NCBI RefSeq assembly: GCF_902652985.1
Contig: NC_047022.1
Span: forward strand, 14,880,001-14,944,000
Direction: 5' to 3'
Origin: Pecten maximus
Lineage: Eukaryota
Length of the DNA: 64,000 nt
The position numbers were made by a program, and so were the translations under genes. The notes beneath the pieces were generated by a model. The model had not been told where the DNA came from and did not search any database. It worked only from the letters and a program-made list of their open reading frames with translations. This document shows positions 1 to 13,479 of this stretch, piece after piece. How positions within the stretch are numbered: position 1 is the first letter of the stretch; every line of letters begins with the position of its first letter.

Positions 1-757
1 ACGTGACAAAGTTACCAGTTCATTAACGGAGATAAAGCGGTTAGGTATCCGCTCCAATTGCAATTAACACAAGTTGATCACACCTCTCCAAATTGCACAG
101 AGACACTCCGAACTGGGAAATTCTCGCTACAGCTGCATAAGCTCTGTCGTAATAGAGTTAGCAGCTCTCAATTATCAGCACATATACTGTAGCTTCCAGT
201 TAGAATGAGAATTGAAAAGCCTCATAAAAGTATGTAGATTTATGAAGTCGGTGACGCAGACTGCGCGATCGCCTTTCACGAAGACAGACAGTGATTTCCC
301 AATTTAATATGGAAAAAAAATATGCAGAGTTTTCTGCACATGTGGCCAGTAACTTTGATTTCCTCTGAAACTCCAGTTCCATCCAATTCTTATACACCTC
401 GCGCATGCATTGATCATTATATATCGTTATCGAAATACATTTTACAGAATTACTAGCTTAAAAAAAGGGTCTTCAATGGTGTCTTTGGTATGTTTTACAG
501 GAGAATGCGTGCCTATTCCCAAAACAAATAAATATTATTCTCCAAAAATGCAGAGAAACGAATATTTCTCCACTTCCCATTAAGAGGCCTCTATATTTTA
601 CAATTTACACTCAAACAAGAATATGCCGTGGTGTACCAATGATTTGTGGATATAAACTGATTGGATAATGAATAAGCGTTTTCGAGACCAAGACGACGCA
701 GCCAACTTTTGTTTAGTGAAATCGTTCATGGGAATGCTTCAGGAACATTTACGAAGA

Positions 758-952
758 AGGCTTCATCTACCAATTTTGATAATCTGGATGAAGAAGTGCT
801 GGAGAGGATTTTTTTTCTGAAAAAGACAGCGCTAACTCACAACGAGTAATAAACACGGCAGTTAGCATGCTGAAATGCAATCTTCGGGGAAAATCATCAA
901 GATTAGTGGAGGATATGAACACTGGTTCGAAAGAAAAAAATGGGATGATTTA
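758..952 (+). mobile_element. Degenerate Crypton-like (tyrosine-recombinase transposon) N-terminal coding remnant
   Basis: Reading across one T-run frameshift gives ASSTNFDNLDEEVLERIF/SEKDSANSQRVINTAVSMLK, resembling from memory the N-terminal motif of Crypton/DUF3504-associated proteins. The GAGGCCGAAGGC motif typical of such elements lies at ~1201-1212. Confidence 0.4.
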
Positions 953-1657
953 AATGCTGGTACAATAAAACAGTTATTGTATGGGTATTTCTGGAAAAGC
1001 AGTTTCCCCTTGACATTAACTATTTCCAACGTCTTCGCCTCGGAAAATAGTTTAAGTCTCGGGCAGAATAAAAGTGCTTTTTACCTCAAACCCATACAAT
1101 ATAACTGTATACTATTGCACGGCTAAATTGACAATTGCACGGTCACGTGTGAACTATTGAACACCTTTGACGTTTCAGAATTTGGAATGTTCTATTGCAC
1201 GAGGCCGAAGGCTGATATAATATAGTTGATGCAGACTTGTTAAATTGTTATCATGCCCATAACTTTTTAAGTGTACGTGTATATTATTATAAAATCATGT
1301 CACCGCATTGTTAATGTTCAAAACACGCCATATAACATGTATATGAGGTTTTTTTATTTGCGATACGATTCGTAGCCGATGCATTGACATAACATGAGGA
1401 ATAATGACCTGTTACATGTACTTAGTGTGGATCAGAGAAACATTGACGAAAAACCCTCAAAAATTGTTCCTACGCATCAGTTCTATCCCTGATAACTAGT
1501 CTTAATCTTATGAGTCAGTACGCCCAGTGAACCATTGAGGTCTGATGGACTTCGAAAATTATCTCGTTATTTCTACAGTACACCGAAGGAGTAAAAAATT
1601 GTATACACTGTATATTTACACTTATACAGCTTAGTAATGAGGCTGGATAGGACACTC

Positions 1658-2076
1658 GTGACGCTGAAAAGGACACAAAAAATCATGTGACGCTGAATAG
1701 AACACACGTGACGCTGAATAGGACATACGTGACGCTGAATAGAACAAACGTGACGCTGAATAGAACACACGTGACGCTGAATAGGACATACGTGACGCTG
1801 AATAGGACATATGTGACGTTGAATAGGACACATGTGACACTGAATAGGACATATGTGATACTGAATAGGACACACGTGACGCTGAACAGGGCACGCGTGA
1901 CGCTGAATAGGACACACGTAACGCTGAATAGGACACACGTGACGCTGAATAGGACATATGTGACGCTGAATAGGACACACGTGACGCTGAACAGGACACA
2001 CGTAACGCTGAATAGGACACACGTGACGCTGAACAGGACACACGTGACGCTGAAGAGGACATATGTGACGCTGAAT
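1658..2076. repeat. 21-bp minisatellite (GTGACGCTGAATAGGACACAC), ~19 copies
   Basis: Direct 21-bp periodicity. It explains the VTLNRTH/IQRHVCP repeat ORFs. Confidence 0.97.
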
Positions 2077-2110
2077 ATTTTGGACTCTAATACTTAGCAA
2101 CTGTCATGAT

Positions 2111-2323
2111 TGGTTTGGTTTGTTTTGTTTAACGTCCTATTAACAGCCAGGATGATTTAAGGACGTGCCAGGCTTTGGAGGTGGAGGAAAGCCGGAGTAC
2201 ACAGAGAAAAACCACCGGCCTACGGTCAGTACCTGGCAACTGCCCAACGTAGGCTTCGAACTCGCGACCCAGAGGTGGAGGACTAGTGATAAAGTGTCGG
2301 GACACCTTAACCACCGCGGCCCC
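2111..2323 (-). mobile_element. tRNA-derived SINE with V-like central domain, near full length
   Basis: Minus strand: GGGGCCGCGGTGGTTAAGG head (A box shortened), B box GAGTTCGAAGCC, central GGTTTTTCTCTGTGTACTCCGGCTTTCCTCCACC, and a tail ending (AAACC)n. Near-TSD actgtcatgat (2100-2110) / actgccatgat (2327-2337). Confidence 0.85.
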
Positions 2324-4369
2324 TAGACTGCCATGATAATTCATCGAACCTGTTGAAAAATATGGCAGTTCGCTATCATACAGTTCGCTATCATACATGT
2401 GCGGATGATACGACTGGAAAACGCATTCACGATGACGGCTTGGTGTAATTTTCAAGTGCAAGATGGCGGAGATTTCAGTTTAATAAATACGTGTATACCT
2501 AAGTTCCCTTTTACATATTTGGTGACACAATCGACCTCATCTAGTGGTCAGTCTATATACACAACAGGGCTAAAATCAAGAGCCGTAATGACCTAGATTA
2601 CAAGCCTGTGACCATCTCGTTCTAATATTTGTTTACCTTTTTTGGTTTCTTGTCGGTTTTATATTCCACAAATATGAGGTTTCGTCGGAACAAGGGATCG
2701 GATTCGTAAATAAGGGTATCAAACTCCTTCTCATCCATCATCATTGTAGCCTAACCATAGTCAGTCGTGTACGGTCTAAACGTGTAATTACATCAATTGA
2801 AAGCGTTCAAATAGCCACATTACATTTCTTTGGCCTCTATTAACAGGTCCAGCCTATGTGTATTAAGAGAGAAGGGTCGAGCTTCGGCTGTTATACTGTT
2901 GTATATTATGATATACGATTACAATGACCTATTGTCTATTGGTGCCACTGTACTACCACAAATGTCATCACCAAGTTATTAAAATTGTATTATTCACCAA
3001 AGAATTCCTTTAATTTTCAGCATGACTCGTCTATAAACCTCTGAGTCTTAACTTTTTACTCTAAAGATAAATTTTGTGGGTTTTGGTATAAAGGGAAGTA
3101 TACCGGTTGGGGGTACTACATGTATATAGGGGTATAAGACTAGCGGGGACGTGCTATCGATCGGGTGAACTACCCATTATACACAACACTGGCCTCGCAT
3201 GCAATAGCTGCATGGTTTCCACTGTTAGTCTACTAACAACAGGTTAGCGGAGAGACCAAGGACCACACACTATCATCAATTGCTGCCGTGACAGGGTTCA
3301 CAGAGTAAATGGACGTGCACGTGCACCTGTAATACATATATAGTGAAGTGTTAATTTTGTTATAGTGCTACTAAGTGACTTACGAAACAGTACAATCCTC
3401 TCGAAATGTCGATAAACAGCTGTGCTATCAAGGTATAGTATAGCTATCAGTTTACGTTTGACGAGATTAACGAAATGAGCCTGAACATTTCCCTCTTTTG
3501 ACTAGTGTACAATGACTACTGACAACTTAATCCTCGATTTATCCATATCGGAGACGCTTAAAAATATCCTTTATCTGACATCCATATGGCAGTATTATAT
3601 GGGTATTATAAATTATATACTTATTATCAGCGCACGTCGCCTTTACCCTGGGGAAGCTGTCCTTTAAACAACTTATTTACGTGAAAATAACACCTTATTC
3701 TCGCTCCTCTTGTCTATAACAATGACAATATCGAAAATTAACAACTAGAAAGAAAAAGAAGGTCAGTATGCTAACTTTCGGAGATCAAGATTCTTTCTTG
3801 CATTCTGCCACTAAACGATGTAACTCAGCCTGTTCCTTGGAATTAATCATGACAGGCAATGACACGGTTCCATTACAAGCAATGATGCAGAAAGAATGCT
3901 ATTTTAAAAATCACCAAGTTTTCCAGCAAAAATTATTTCAATAATATACTCCCCTAATGTAACGGTACGGTTGAAGCTCGGGTGTCATTGTATGGGGGCT
4001 GTTGGGGTTTAAGTGCGGCAGGTCATTCCAGTCCTGGTTTCCAAACCAATGTATATATATATATATATGATTGGTAACAGACTGTGGATTTTGGTAAATG
4101 ATTTGACGTCTGTAATACGAACACTGCCGCTGTTTTGATAACTCAGCCCTGACATACTTAAAGACATTTTTTTCTTTCATTTGACGATTTTATTCCATTT
4201 CGCTGACCGTATTTCGTTCGCACACAACATCACCCACGGTATACGTATACACCATTGAAGTTCTCTTTATCGCTACTTGGATAGCACACGATACAATGTG
4301 TGTGTTTTCACTAGTCCCCGTCCGTCTTTGAAGGGTTTGATGTGAGGGGGTACCCAAATTCGTTCATTT

Positions 4370-6712
4370 ATTGGTACTGACAATAACATATTTGTTTGTT
4401 AGGTACTGACAACAGATTTGTTTGTTAGGTACTGACAACAACAGATTTGTTTGTTAGGTACTGACAAAATATGTGTTGGTTAGGTACTGACAACAACAAC
4501 AGATGTGTTGGTTAGATACTGACAGCAAAAGATTTTTTTGTTAGGAACTAACAACAACCTATCTGGTTGCTATTTACTTCAAAGCAACGGATCTGATTAC
4601 TAGGTACGTACAACAATAGATGGGTTTGTTAGATGCTGACAACAACATATCAATTCGGTAAGTACGGACAACAACAGATGTGTTTATTTAGTACTGACAA
4701 CAATACATCTATTTGTTAGGTATTGACAAAAACAAATCCCCAGTACTGTGTGTTAGGTACTGATAACAACAGATCTTCTGTACTGTGTGTTAGGTACTGA
4801 CAACAACAGATCTTCTGTACCGTGTGTTAGGTACTGACAACAACAGATCTTCTGTACCGTGTGTTAGGTACTGACAACAACAGATCTTCTGTACTGTGTG
4901 TTAGGTACTGACAACAACAGATTCTCTGTACTGTGTGTTAGGTACTGACAACAACAGATCTTCTGTACTGTGTATTAGGTACTGACAACAACAGATCTTC
5001 TGTACTGTGTGTTAGGTACTGACACCAACTGATCTTCTGTAACGTGTGTTAGGTACTGACAACAACAGATCTTCTGTACTGTGTGTTAGGTACTGACAAC
5101 AACAGATCTTCTGTACTGTGTGTTAGGTACTGACAACAACAGATCTTCTGTACTGTGTGTTAGGTACTGACAACAACATGATCTTCTTGTACTGTGTGTT
5201 AGGTACTGACAACAACAGATCTTCTGTACCTGTGTGTTAGGTAATGACAACAACAGATATTCTGTACTGTGTGTTAGGTACTGACAACAACAGATCTTCT
5301 GTACTGTGTGTTAGGTACTGACAACAACAGATCTTCTGTACTGTGTGTTAGGTACTGACAACAACAGATCTTCTAGTACTGTGTGTTAGGTACTGACAAC
5401 AACAGATCTTCTGTAACGTGTGTTAGGTACTGACAACAACAGATCTTCTGTACTGTGTGTTAGGTACTGACAACAACAGATCTTCTGTACTGTGTGTTAG
5501 GTACTGACAACAACAGATATTCTGTACTGTGTGTTAGGTACTGACAACAACAGATCTTCTGTACTGTGTGTTAGGTACTGACAACAACAGATCTTCTGTA
5601 CTGTGTGTTAGGTACTGACAACAACAGATCTTCTGTACTGTGTGTTAGGTACTGACACCAACAGATCTTCTGTACCGTGTGTTAGGTACTGACAACAACA
5701 GATCTTCTGTACTGTGTGTTAGGTACTGACAACAACAGATCTTCTGTACTGTGTGTTAGGTACTGACAACAACAGATCTTCTGTACTGTGTGTTAGGTAC
5801 TGACAACAACAGATCTTATGTACTGTGTATTAGGTACTGACAACAACAGATCTTCTGTACTGTGTGTTAGGTACTGACACCAACTGATCTTCTGTACCGT
5901 GTGTTAGGTACTGACAACAACAGATCTTCTATACCATGTGTTAGGTACTGATAACAACAGATCCTCTGTAACGTGTGTTAGGTACTGACAACAACAGATC
6001 CTCTGTACTGTGAGTTAGGTACTGACAACAGCTGATCTCCTGTACTATGTGTTAGGTACTGACAACATCAGATCTCCTGTACCGTGTGTTAGGTACTGAC
6101 AACAACAGATCTTCTGTACTATGTGTTAGGTACTGACAACAACAGATCTTCTGTACTGTGTGTTAGGTACTGACACCAACAGATCTTCTGTACTGTGTGT
6201 TAGGTACTGACAACAACAGATCTTCTGTACTGTGTATTAGGTACTGACAACAACAGATCCTCTGTACTGTGTGTTGGGTACTGACAACAACAAATCCTCT
6301 GTACTGTGTGTTGGGTACTGACAACAACAGGTCTTCTGTACTGTGTGTTGGGTACTGACAACAACAGATCCTCTGTACTGTGTGTTGGGTACTGACAACA
6401 ACAGATCTTCTGTACTGTGTGTTAGGTACTGACAACAACAGATCCTCTGTACTGTGTGTTAGGTACTGACAACAACATATCCTCTGTACTGTGTGTGAGA
6501 TACTGACAACAACAGATCTTCTGTACTGTGTGTTAGGTACTGACAACAACAGATCTTCTGTACTGTGTGTTAGGTACTGACAACAACATATCTTCTGTAC
6601 TGTATGTTAGGTACAGACAACAACAGATCTTCTGTACTGTGTGTTAGGTACTGACAACAACAAATCTTCTGTACCATGTGTTAGGTACTGACAACAACAG
6701 ATCTTCTGTACT
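4370..6712. repeat. 37-bp minisatellite (TGTGTTAGGTACTGACAACAACAGATCTTCTGTACTG), ~53 homogeneous copies plus a degenerate left flank
   Basis: 37-bp period across 4743-6712, with shorter related units at 4370-4740. Confidence 0.97.
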
Positions 6713-7974
6713 AAGTGCACATCCTCATAACATCAGTATTATCTGGTGTTATCCCGTGAAATGCGCTCTGAACCATTAAGATATCACAGAACAGGTAAGA
6801 TAGACCATGAGTTGTATGCCATATCTTTCAGATGAATTATTTTGGCATTTTAACTTTTTTTAAAGGAGTTTCATGGTAAATAACAAGTAAATCATTTTTG
6901 ACAATTCTTACGACTTTCTTTACGCTTACCTCTGATAGGGACGTTTCTTTTTTACTATATGATCGATATTAATGGCAATCCTTGCCTAATGTTAGAAAGA
7001 TGAGGTTGATATGATGTTTTTATAACCTGGTGTTCAGTGATAATAACCGATAAAATATTGTGGTCTTATCGCCGTTGAGGTATTTAGAGCGATGCCTGAC
7101 AATATACGTGTTCTTTCTCCGACTGGCGTTACCCTTCTCAGGTCCATATCATCTTACATATCTCTACGCATTTCTGGTAAAAGCTACGCAGGTATCAGTG
7201 TTATGTGTGAAGCGCCCCCGTAATATGAATCTCTTAAATTTTTGCTTTCTATTTTAAAATTTTGATCATCTTTTTCTTGGACTCTAAGTAATGTTTTCGA
7301 TTGAGCATGGTATTCTTCTTCAACAAAATTGAGCGCAGGAATATTATCTCTTGCTTTTACGTTTTAAAACCCCAAATATTGTACTTACATTTTTAATAGA
7401 TAACTTGGCAAGCTCGTTTCGTTCAAGTTTGTTTCGTTCTCTATATACAGCCAAATGTTAGCCATAATGTTGAAGATCACAAAAATCAGTTTTCAACATT
7501 TGAGTCATTTTGACAAAGATAAGAAAAAATATACATATTACTGAACTTACTAGGATTTAAACATAACATTTTGTTTGATAATTATATCTCGCGGGTGTTT
7601 CACACGTCTTTCAATTTTCACGATAATTTCACTGCTATTTCACAGTATTTCACGAGTATGTCATTGAGATTTCACAGTATTACACTGTGAAGTTATATAA
7701 TTCTATTTAAATCCTAATCTGGACCAGCGGTATATGGACCAATTTACGATGGTGTTATATATATATAGCATTCTATCAGATTAGGCGTACATGTACACAA
7801 TAACATTTAATTATGACGTCTGTGGTTACGGCTGATCTGCATAAACCCCCACTTCAATAAATCCCCACTTCACTTAATTCTCACGCGGGTCATCTGGCCA
7901 CACTAGGTCAATAAACCATGCAATATCAACACTCACACATGACCTGGATACAGGCCACTAGTGTGAGGTCATGT

Positions 7975-8560
7975 TATATAACAAAATACATGAGGACAAA
8001 TCAGTCATGCTCAGGTAACAAATAGCATAAGGACACAATAACAAAATTCCAGAGGGCATGCTAAAAAAAATCACGGGGGCAAATATAGCATGCTCAATAA
8101 AAAAAAACATCACGGGGCAAATATTACGTGCTCAATAACAAAATTCACAAGGGCAAATGAAGCATGCTCAATAAAAAAAATATCCGAGGCAAAAACAGCA
8201 TGCTCAATAACCAAATATTTGGGGGTAAATATTACGTGCTCAATTACAAAATTCACGGGGGAAATATTGCATGCTCAATAACAAAATTCACGAGGGAAAT
8301 ATTGCATGCTCAATAACAAAATACTCGAGGGCAAATATTGCATGTTCAATAACAAAATCCACGGGGGTAAATATTGCATGCTCAATTACAAAATTCACGG
8401 GGGAAATATTGCATGCTTAATAATAAAATTCACGGGGGCAAATATTGCATGCTCAATAACAAAATTCACGGGGGAAATATTGCATGCTCAATAACAAAAT
8501 ACTCGAGGGTAAATAATGTAAGCTCAATAATAAAATTCCAGATGACAAATGTGTCATTAT
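7975..8560. repeat. 35-36-bp minisatellite (AAATATTGCATGCTCAATAACAAAATTCACGGGGGC), ~13-16 copies
   Basis: ATGCTCAATAAC recurs at 35-36-bp spacing and the edges are degenerate. Confidence 0.92.
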
Positions 8561-9712
8561 CAATATAAAAATCCATGAAGGCGAAAACGTCTTGTTTAAT
8601 AACAAATGTATTGGGGCAAATAAGTCAATTTCAATAGCGAAATTCAGGATAATTCTCATGAATTTAAAACAGGAAAACAAAAACAGATTAATTATCATGA
8701 ATATGAAAAACAATCGGGAGGCATTCCAACGGACATAGCTATGATAAACTGATTAAATGTCTATTACGACAAAATACCCTGGATATCAAAAACAAAAGAA
8801 TGATTTTTAATTGAAGGCGTATACTGATAATGGGTATAAAACAAAAAGGTTAATGATCAATCAGATTAATGGAGTTATAAAATTAAAAAAAGTTAGATAA
8901 TTATGAATATGAAGAAATCAGCTGATGACTATTAATATACGAGTAGGATTAAAGTGTGTTGATTACAATTACAAAACAGATAAACTGTTAGCCAATGGAT
9001 ACAAATACAGTTAGGAACTAAAATGGACCGGCAGTGAAAATGAGCAAAAATGTTTTGATATGGAAATGAGATACGTGACAGTGTATAGTATCATGTACAC
9101 TGATTAAAAAATAAAACAAAATACAACCGATAAAGTAGGAAATGAGATGGAGGATGCGTGTGTTAAGGGAGATGGTTACGATATGCAGATAATGCCCTGT
9201 TGGTTTATCGGCTACAGAGCAACATGAGGAATCCCTATGGGTCCCCCGGGACATCATAATGCACGCGCTAGTGTGAGCAAACCGGCTAATAATATCCGTT
9301 TGAAGTTATTTTAAGATTTATGTTTTTTTTCTCGAATATTTAGGCCAGCCGCACATTTTTGTGTAGAATACGCACGTGCTTTTACAACTATAGATCAGAA
9401 TGATTAGATAACGCATCTCTTCTTGTTCAAACACCACTTGTATATTTTTTGTTAATGTTATCAAATATTTATAGTAACTATTCATAATGAAATAACAGCG
9501 TGCTACCTTCATTTTCTGATGAACGCAGTTCACCTAACTTTTGTATAAAAATTGTCGATTTGGCCGATATCTCAATTAGTGCCTGTATATATAGCTTGAC
9601 TATCCACAGCTTGACTGGATAAACTTTTATACAATTCCAGTTTTCTGTTAATACAGTAATAATAATTGTACCTGATTAATAGAAAACAAAAAAAAATTCA
9701 ACATCAATCGAA

Positions 9713-9771
9713 GGTTTGGTTTGGTTTATTTTGTTTAACGTCCTATTAACATCTAAGGTCATTTAAGGACG
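9713..9771 (-). mobile_element. SINE 3' tail fragment sharing its tail with the SINE at 2111-2323
   Basis: GGTTTGGTTT...TTTGTTTAACGTCCTATTAACA...ATTTAAGGACG closely matches 2112-2165, then diverges. Confidence 0.75.
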
Positions 9772-9989
9772 GCCTCCCGTGCGTGCGAAGGCATGTCTTG
9801 GTAGGCCGATTCCTTATATCAAGATACATCTTTTAATATCAGGTTTCAATCGTAAACAAAGACACTTATTATTATATGATTAGCTTTTCATGAAAAACGA
9901 AATTAAGTTTTTTTATACAACGTTTTCTATCACAAAAATGAATATCTTAAAACGCTGAGTTAACATAGCAATATAACACACATCTTAAT

Positions 9990-11980
9990 ATACTGGGTTT
10001 CTATCGTTAGAGAAGGCACCTTTTGATAGACTGGGTTTCTATCGTTAAAGAAGACACCTTTTAATAGACTGGGTTTCTATCGTTAGAGAAGTTAATATTT
10101 AAAAGACTTGGTTTCTATCGTTAAAGAAGACAACTTTTAATAGACCTCGTTTCCATCGTTAGAGAAGACATCGTTTTATAGCTTGTGTTTCTATCGTTAA
10201 GGCAGACAATTTTTATAGATTGTGTCTGATCGTTAAAAAGAAACTTTTTTATTTAGTTGGTTTCTATTGTTAAAGGAGACACCTTTTAATAGACTGGGTT
10301 TCTATCGTTAAAGAAGACACCTTTTGATAGACTGGGTTTCTATCGTTAGAGAAACCTTTGAATAGACTGGGTTTCTATCGTTAAAGAAGGCACCTTTTGA
10401 TAGACTGGGTTTCTATCGTTAGAGAATGCACCTTTTGATAGACTGGGTTTCTATCGTTAAGAAATGCACCTTTTAATAGACTGGGTTTCTATCGTTAGAG
10501 AATGCACCTTTTGATAGACTGGGTTTCTATCGTTAGAGAAGACACCTTTTAATAGACTGGGTTTCTATCGTTAAAACCTTTTGATAGACTGGGTTTCTAT
10601 CGTTAGAGAAGACACCTTTTAATAGACTGGGTTTCTATCGTTAGAGAAGGCACCTTTTAATAGACTGGGTTTCTATCGTTAAAGGAGCTACTTTTTAACA
10701 GACTGGGTTTCTATCGTTAGAGAAGACACCTTTTAATAGACTGGGTTTCTATCGTTAGAGAAGACATCTTTTAATAGACTGGGTTTCTATCGTTAGAGAA
10801 GACACCTTTTGATAGACTGGGTTTCTATCGTTACAGGAGCCACTTTTTAACAGACTGGGGGTTATATCGTTAGAGAAGACACCTTTTAACAGACTGGGTT
10901 TCTATCGTTAGAGAAGACACATTTTAATAGACTGGGTTTCTATCGTTAAAGAAGACACCTTTTAACAGACTGGGGGTTATGTCGTTAGAGAAGACACCTT
11001 TAAATAGACTGGGTTTATATCGTTAAAGGAGCCACCTTTTAATAGACTGGGTTTCTATCGTTAGAGAAGACACCTTTTAACAGACTGGGTTTCTATCGTT
11101 AGAGAAGACACCTTTTAATAGACTGGATTTCTATCGTTAAAGGAGCCACCTTTTAATAGACTGGGTTTCTATCGTTAGAGAAGACACCTTTTAACAGACT
11201 GGGTTTCTATCGTTAGAGAAGGCACCTTTTGATAGACTGGGTTTCTATCGTTAGAGAAGACACCTTTTAACAGACTGGGTTTCTATCGTTAGAGAAGGCA
11301 CCTTTTGATAGACTGGGTTTCTATCGTTAGAGAAGACACCTTTTAATAGACTGGGTTTCTATCGTTAGAGAAGACACCTTTTGATAGACTGGGTTTCTAT
11401 CGTTAGAGAAGACACATTTTAATAGACTGGGTTTCTATCGTTAAAGAAGACACCTTTTAACAGACTGGGGGTTATGTCGTTAGAGAAGACACCTTTTAAT
11501 AGACTGGGTTTATATCGTTAAAGGAGCCACCTTTTAATAGACTGGGTTTCTATCGTTAGAGAAGACACCTTTTAACAGACTGGGTTTCTATCGTTAGAGA
11601 AGACACCTTTTAATAGACTGGATTTCTATCGTTAAAGGAGCCACCTTTTAATAGACTGGGTTTCTATCGTTAGAGAAGACACCTTTTAACAGACTGGGTT
11701 TCTATCGTTAGAGAAGGCACCTTTGATAGACTGGGTTTCTATCGTTAGAGAAGACACCTTTTAATAGACTGGGTTTCTATCGTTAGAGAAGACACCTTTT
11801 GATAGACTGGGTTTCTATCGTTAGAGAAGACACCTTTTGATAGACTGGGTTTCTATCGTTGGAGAAGACACCTTTTGATAGACTGGGTTTCTATCGTTAA
11901 AGGAGCCACTTTTTAACAGACTGGGGGTTATATCGTTAGAGAAGACATCTTTTAACAGACTGGGTTTCTATCGTTAAAGA
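9990..11980. repeat. 38-bp minisatellite (TAGACTGGGTTTCTATCGTTAGAGAAGACACCTTTTAA), ~52 copies
   Basis: Direct 38-bp periodicity with recurring variant units. Confidence 0.97.
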
Positions 11981-12617
11981 ACACCCCCTCCTTTAGTCTT
12001 AGACTGAGCTATGTTTTCGTAAACAAGCACACGTTTAGTTTCCTTTTAAAAAAAAATCACACGCGTGAGATGATTTGTATCATACGTCAATGATTTAGAA
12101 AAAAATCTTATCGGTAAAATGAAAAATTCTATTGGTGTAAATGCATTTTATCATATTACATGTCATGAATGGGAAAAATGATGGGATTTTAATTAAAGTG
12201 AATGGTTAAATTCAATCCCTGGACCACACCATTTACACATATGAAGACTGTGAGTAAGGTTAGATAGGTTGTCGATGACAGGTTCCGATACCAGCCAAAC
12301 ACATTGACCTTTCGTGTGGAAACGTGTGAAATTGGCCACTTGACTTGGTTGATGATGCGTGCAGTTATAATCCCTAGATAAGCCCAGGGACGATGGGTTA
12401 TCACGTGACCTCGACTTGTCATTCCCTAGTAATAATCTGTCACCAATACACATCTAGAGTTGTTTGGGAATATTCATTTAAATATATGTATCTTCAATAT
12501 GCTTTAACCTCGATAATCAGATTATGTCGTTCCCTAAGTATCTCTCGTTTCATATTTTCTATCAGCTCTTTATACCCCCAAACCTTTCCACGAACCCCCC
12601 GCTCCCACCTTTCAACG

Positions 12618-12618
<1 letters not shown>

Positions 12619-12650
<32 letters not shown>
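12619..12650. repeat. Poly-C/poly-G homopolymer (32 nt)
   Basis: Seen directly. It produces the poly-Pro/poly-Gly spurious ORFs. Confidence 0.95.
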
Positions 12651-13479
12651 TTTCCTCGACCCCAATTCGTTACCTCCTTCACGTTCCCTGTTTCTCCCCT
12701 ACATCTTTTTCTCGTTTGCTTGTCAGTTATAACGATGTTTTGTGAGATGTGATAGACGCTGATTGGCATTACATACAAATTATTTCATAGGCAACGTCAT
12801 GCATCAGTTTGAATATTTCTGATTGAGTCGGGTTTGACATAGACAAGGGTCTGGTTTACGGAGTCGAGACTGCTGCAGTAGTGGTAGAGTGTGTGTCGTA
12901 TATTTCCAAGTGTGATTAATCGGTATTGGGAGAGACATACTAGTTGGTCTGCATTTTGTTCCATATCTTGGCCTAATGTAAACAAGTCTTGCTGTATTAC
13001 TGATGACGAATACCACGGTATCTACCCACAATCCATTAGCCACTTACATATTGTATAGTGATCCACTAGTTCACTAATAAAACAGGGGTTTTTTTTGCTG
13101 TCAATGCTTAAAAATTTATTTAAGTCGAACAGGGAAAACATTAAAAAAAATATGACAACATTCAGGCAAACACTTATGTGTTTAGCCTTCAGAGAAATTT
13201 AAAGCGAATGTTGTACACTAAAATTAATGTTAATAGTCTGTCTGTCTGTTCAAGACGTCCAGCTGTTTTAAATCTCGGTCAACGAAAACGTCTCACAGAC
13301 TCAGAACTGAGCTTTGGATACCAACAAAACGTCAGATGATCTCAGAACTTGCATTCTAATACTAACATTTTCTGGAAAGAGATTCGGTGCGTCATTTACC
13401 AAAATTAGATCACTCCGACCTAATTTACAATTGACCTACATTCAACAAAAAATCTGTTCCTGACTCCATCTATAGTACT

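Noticed and set aside
1573-2100. Three overlapping repeat ORFs (IQRHVCP / VTLNRTH / SASRVSY)
   Set aside because: A 21-bp unit is a multiple of 3 and stop-free in several frames. There is no splice or start context, so these are minisatellite artefacts.
2250-2323. tRNA gene
   Set aside because: It has a B box but an incomplete A box, no cloverleaf, and an attached SINE body and tail.
12393-12778. Poly-Pro/poly-Gly ORFs (also 25954-26175)
   Set aside because: They derive from C homopolymers.
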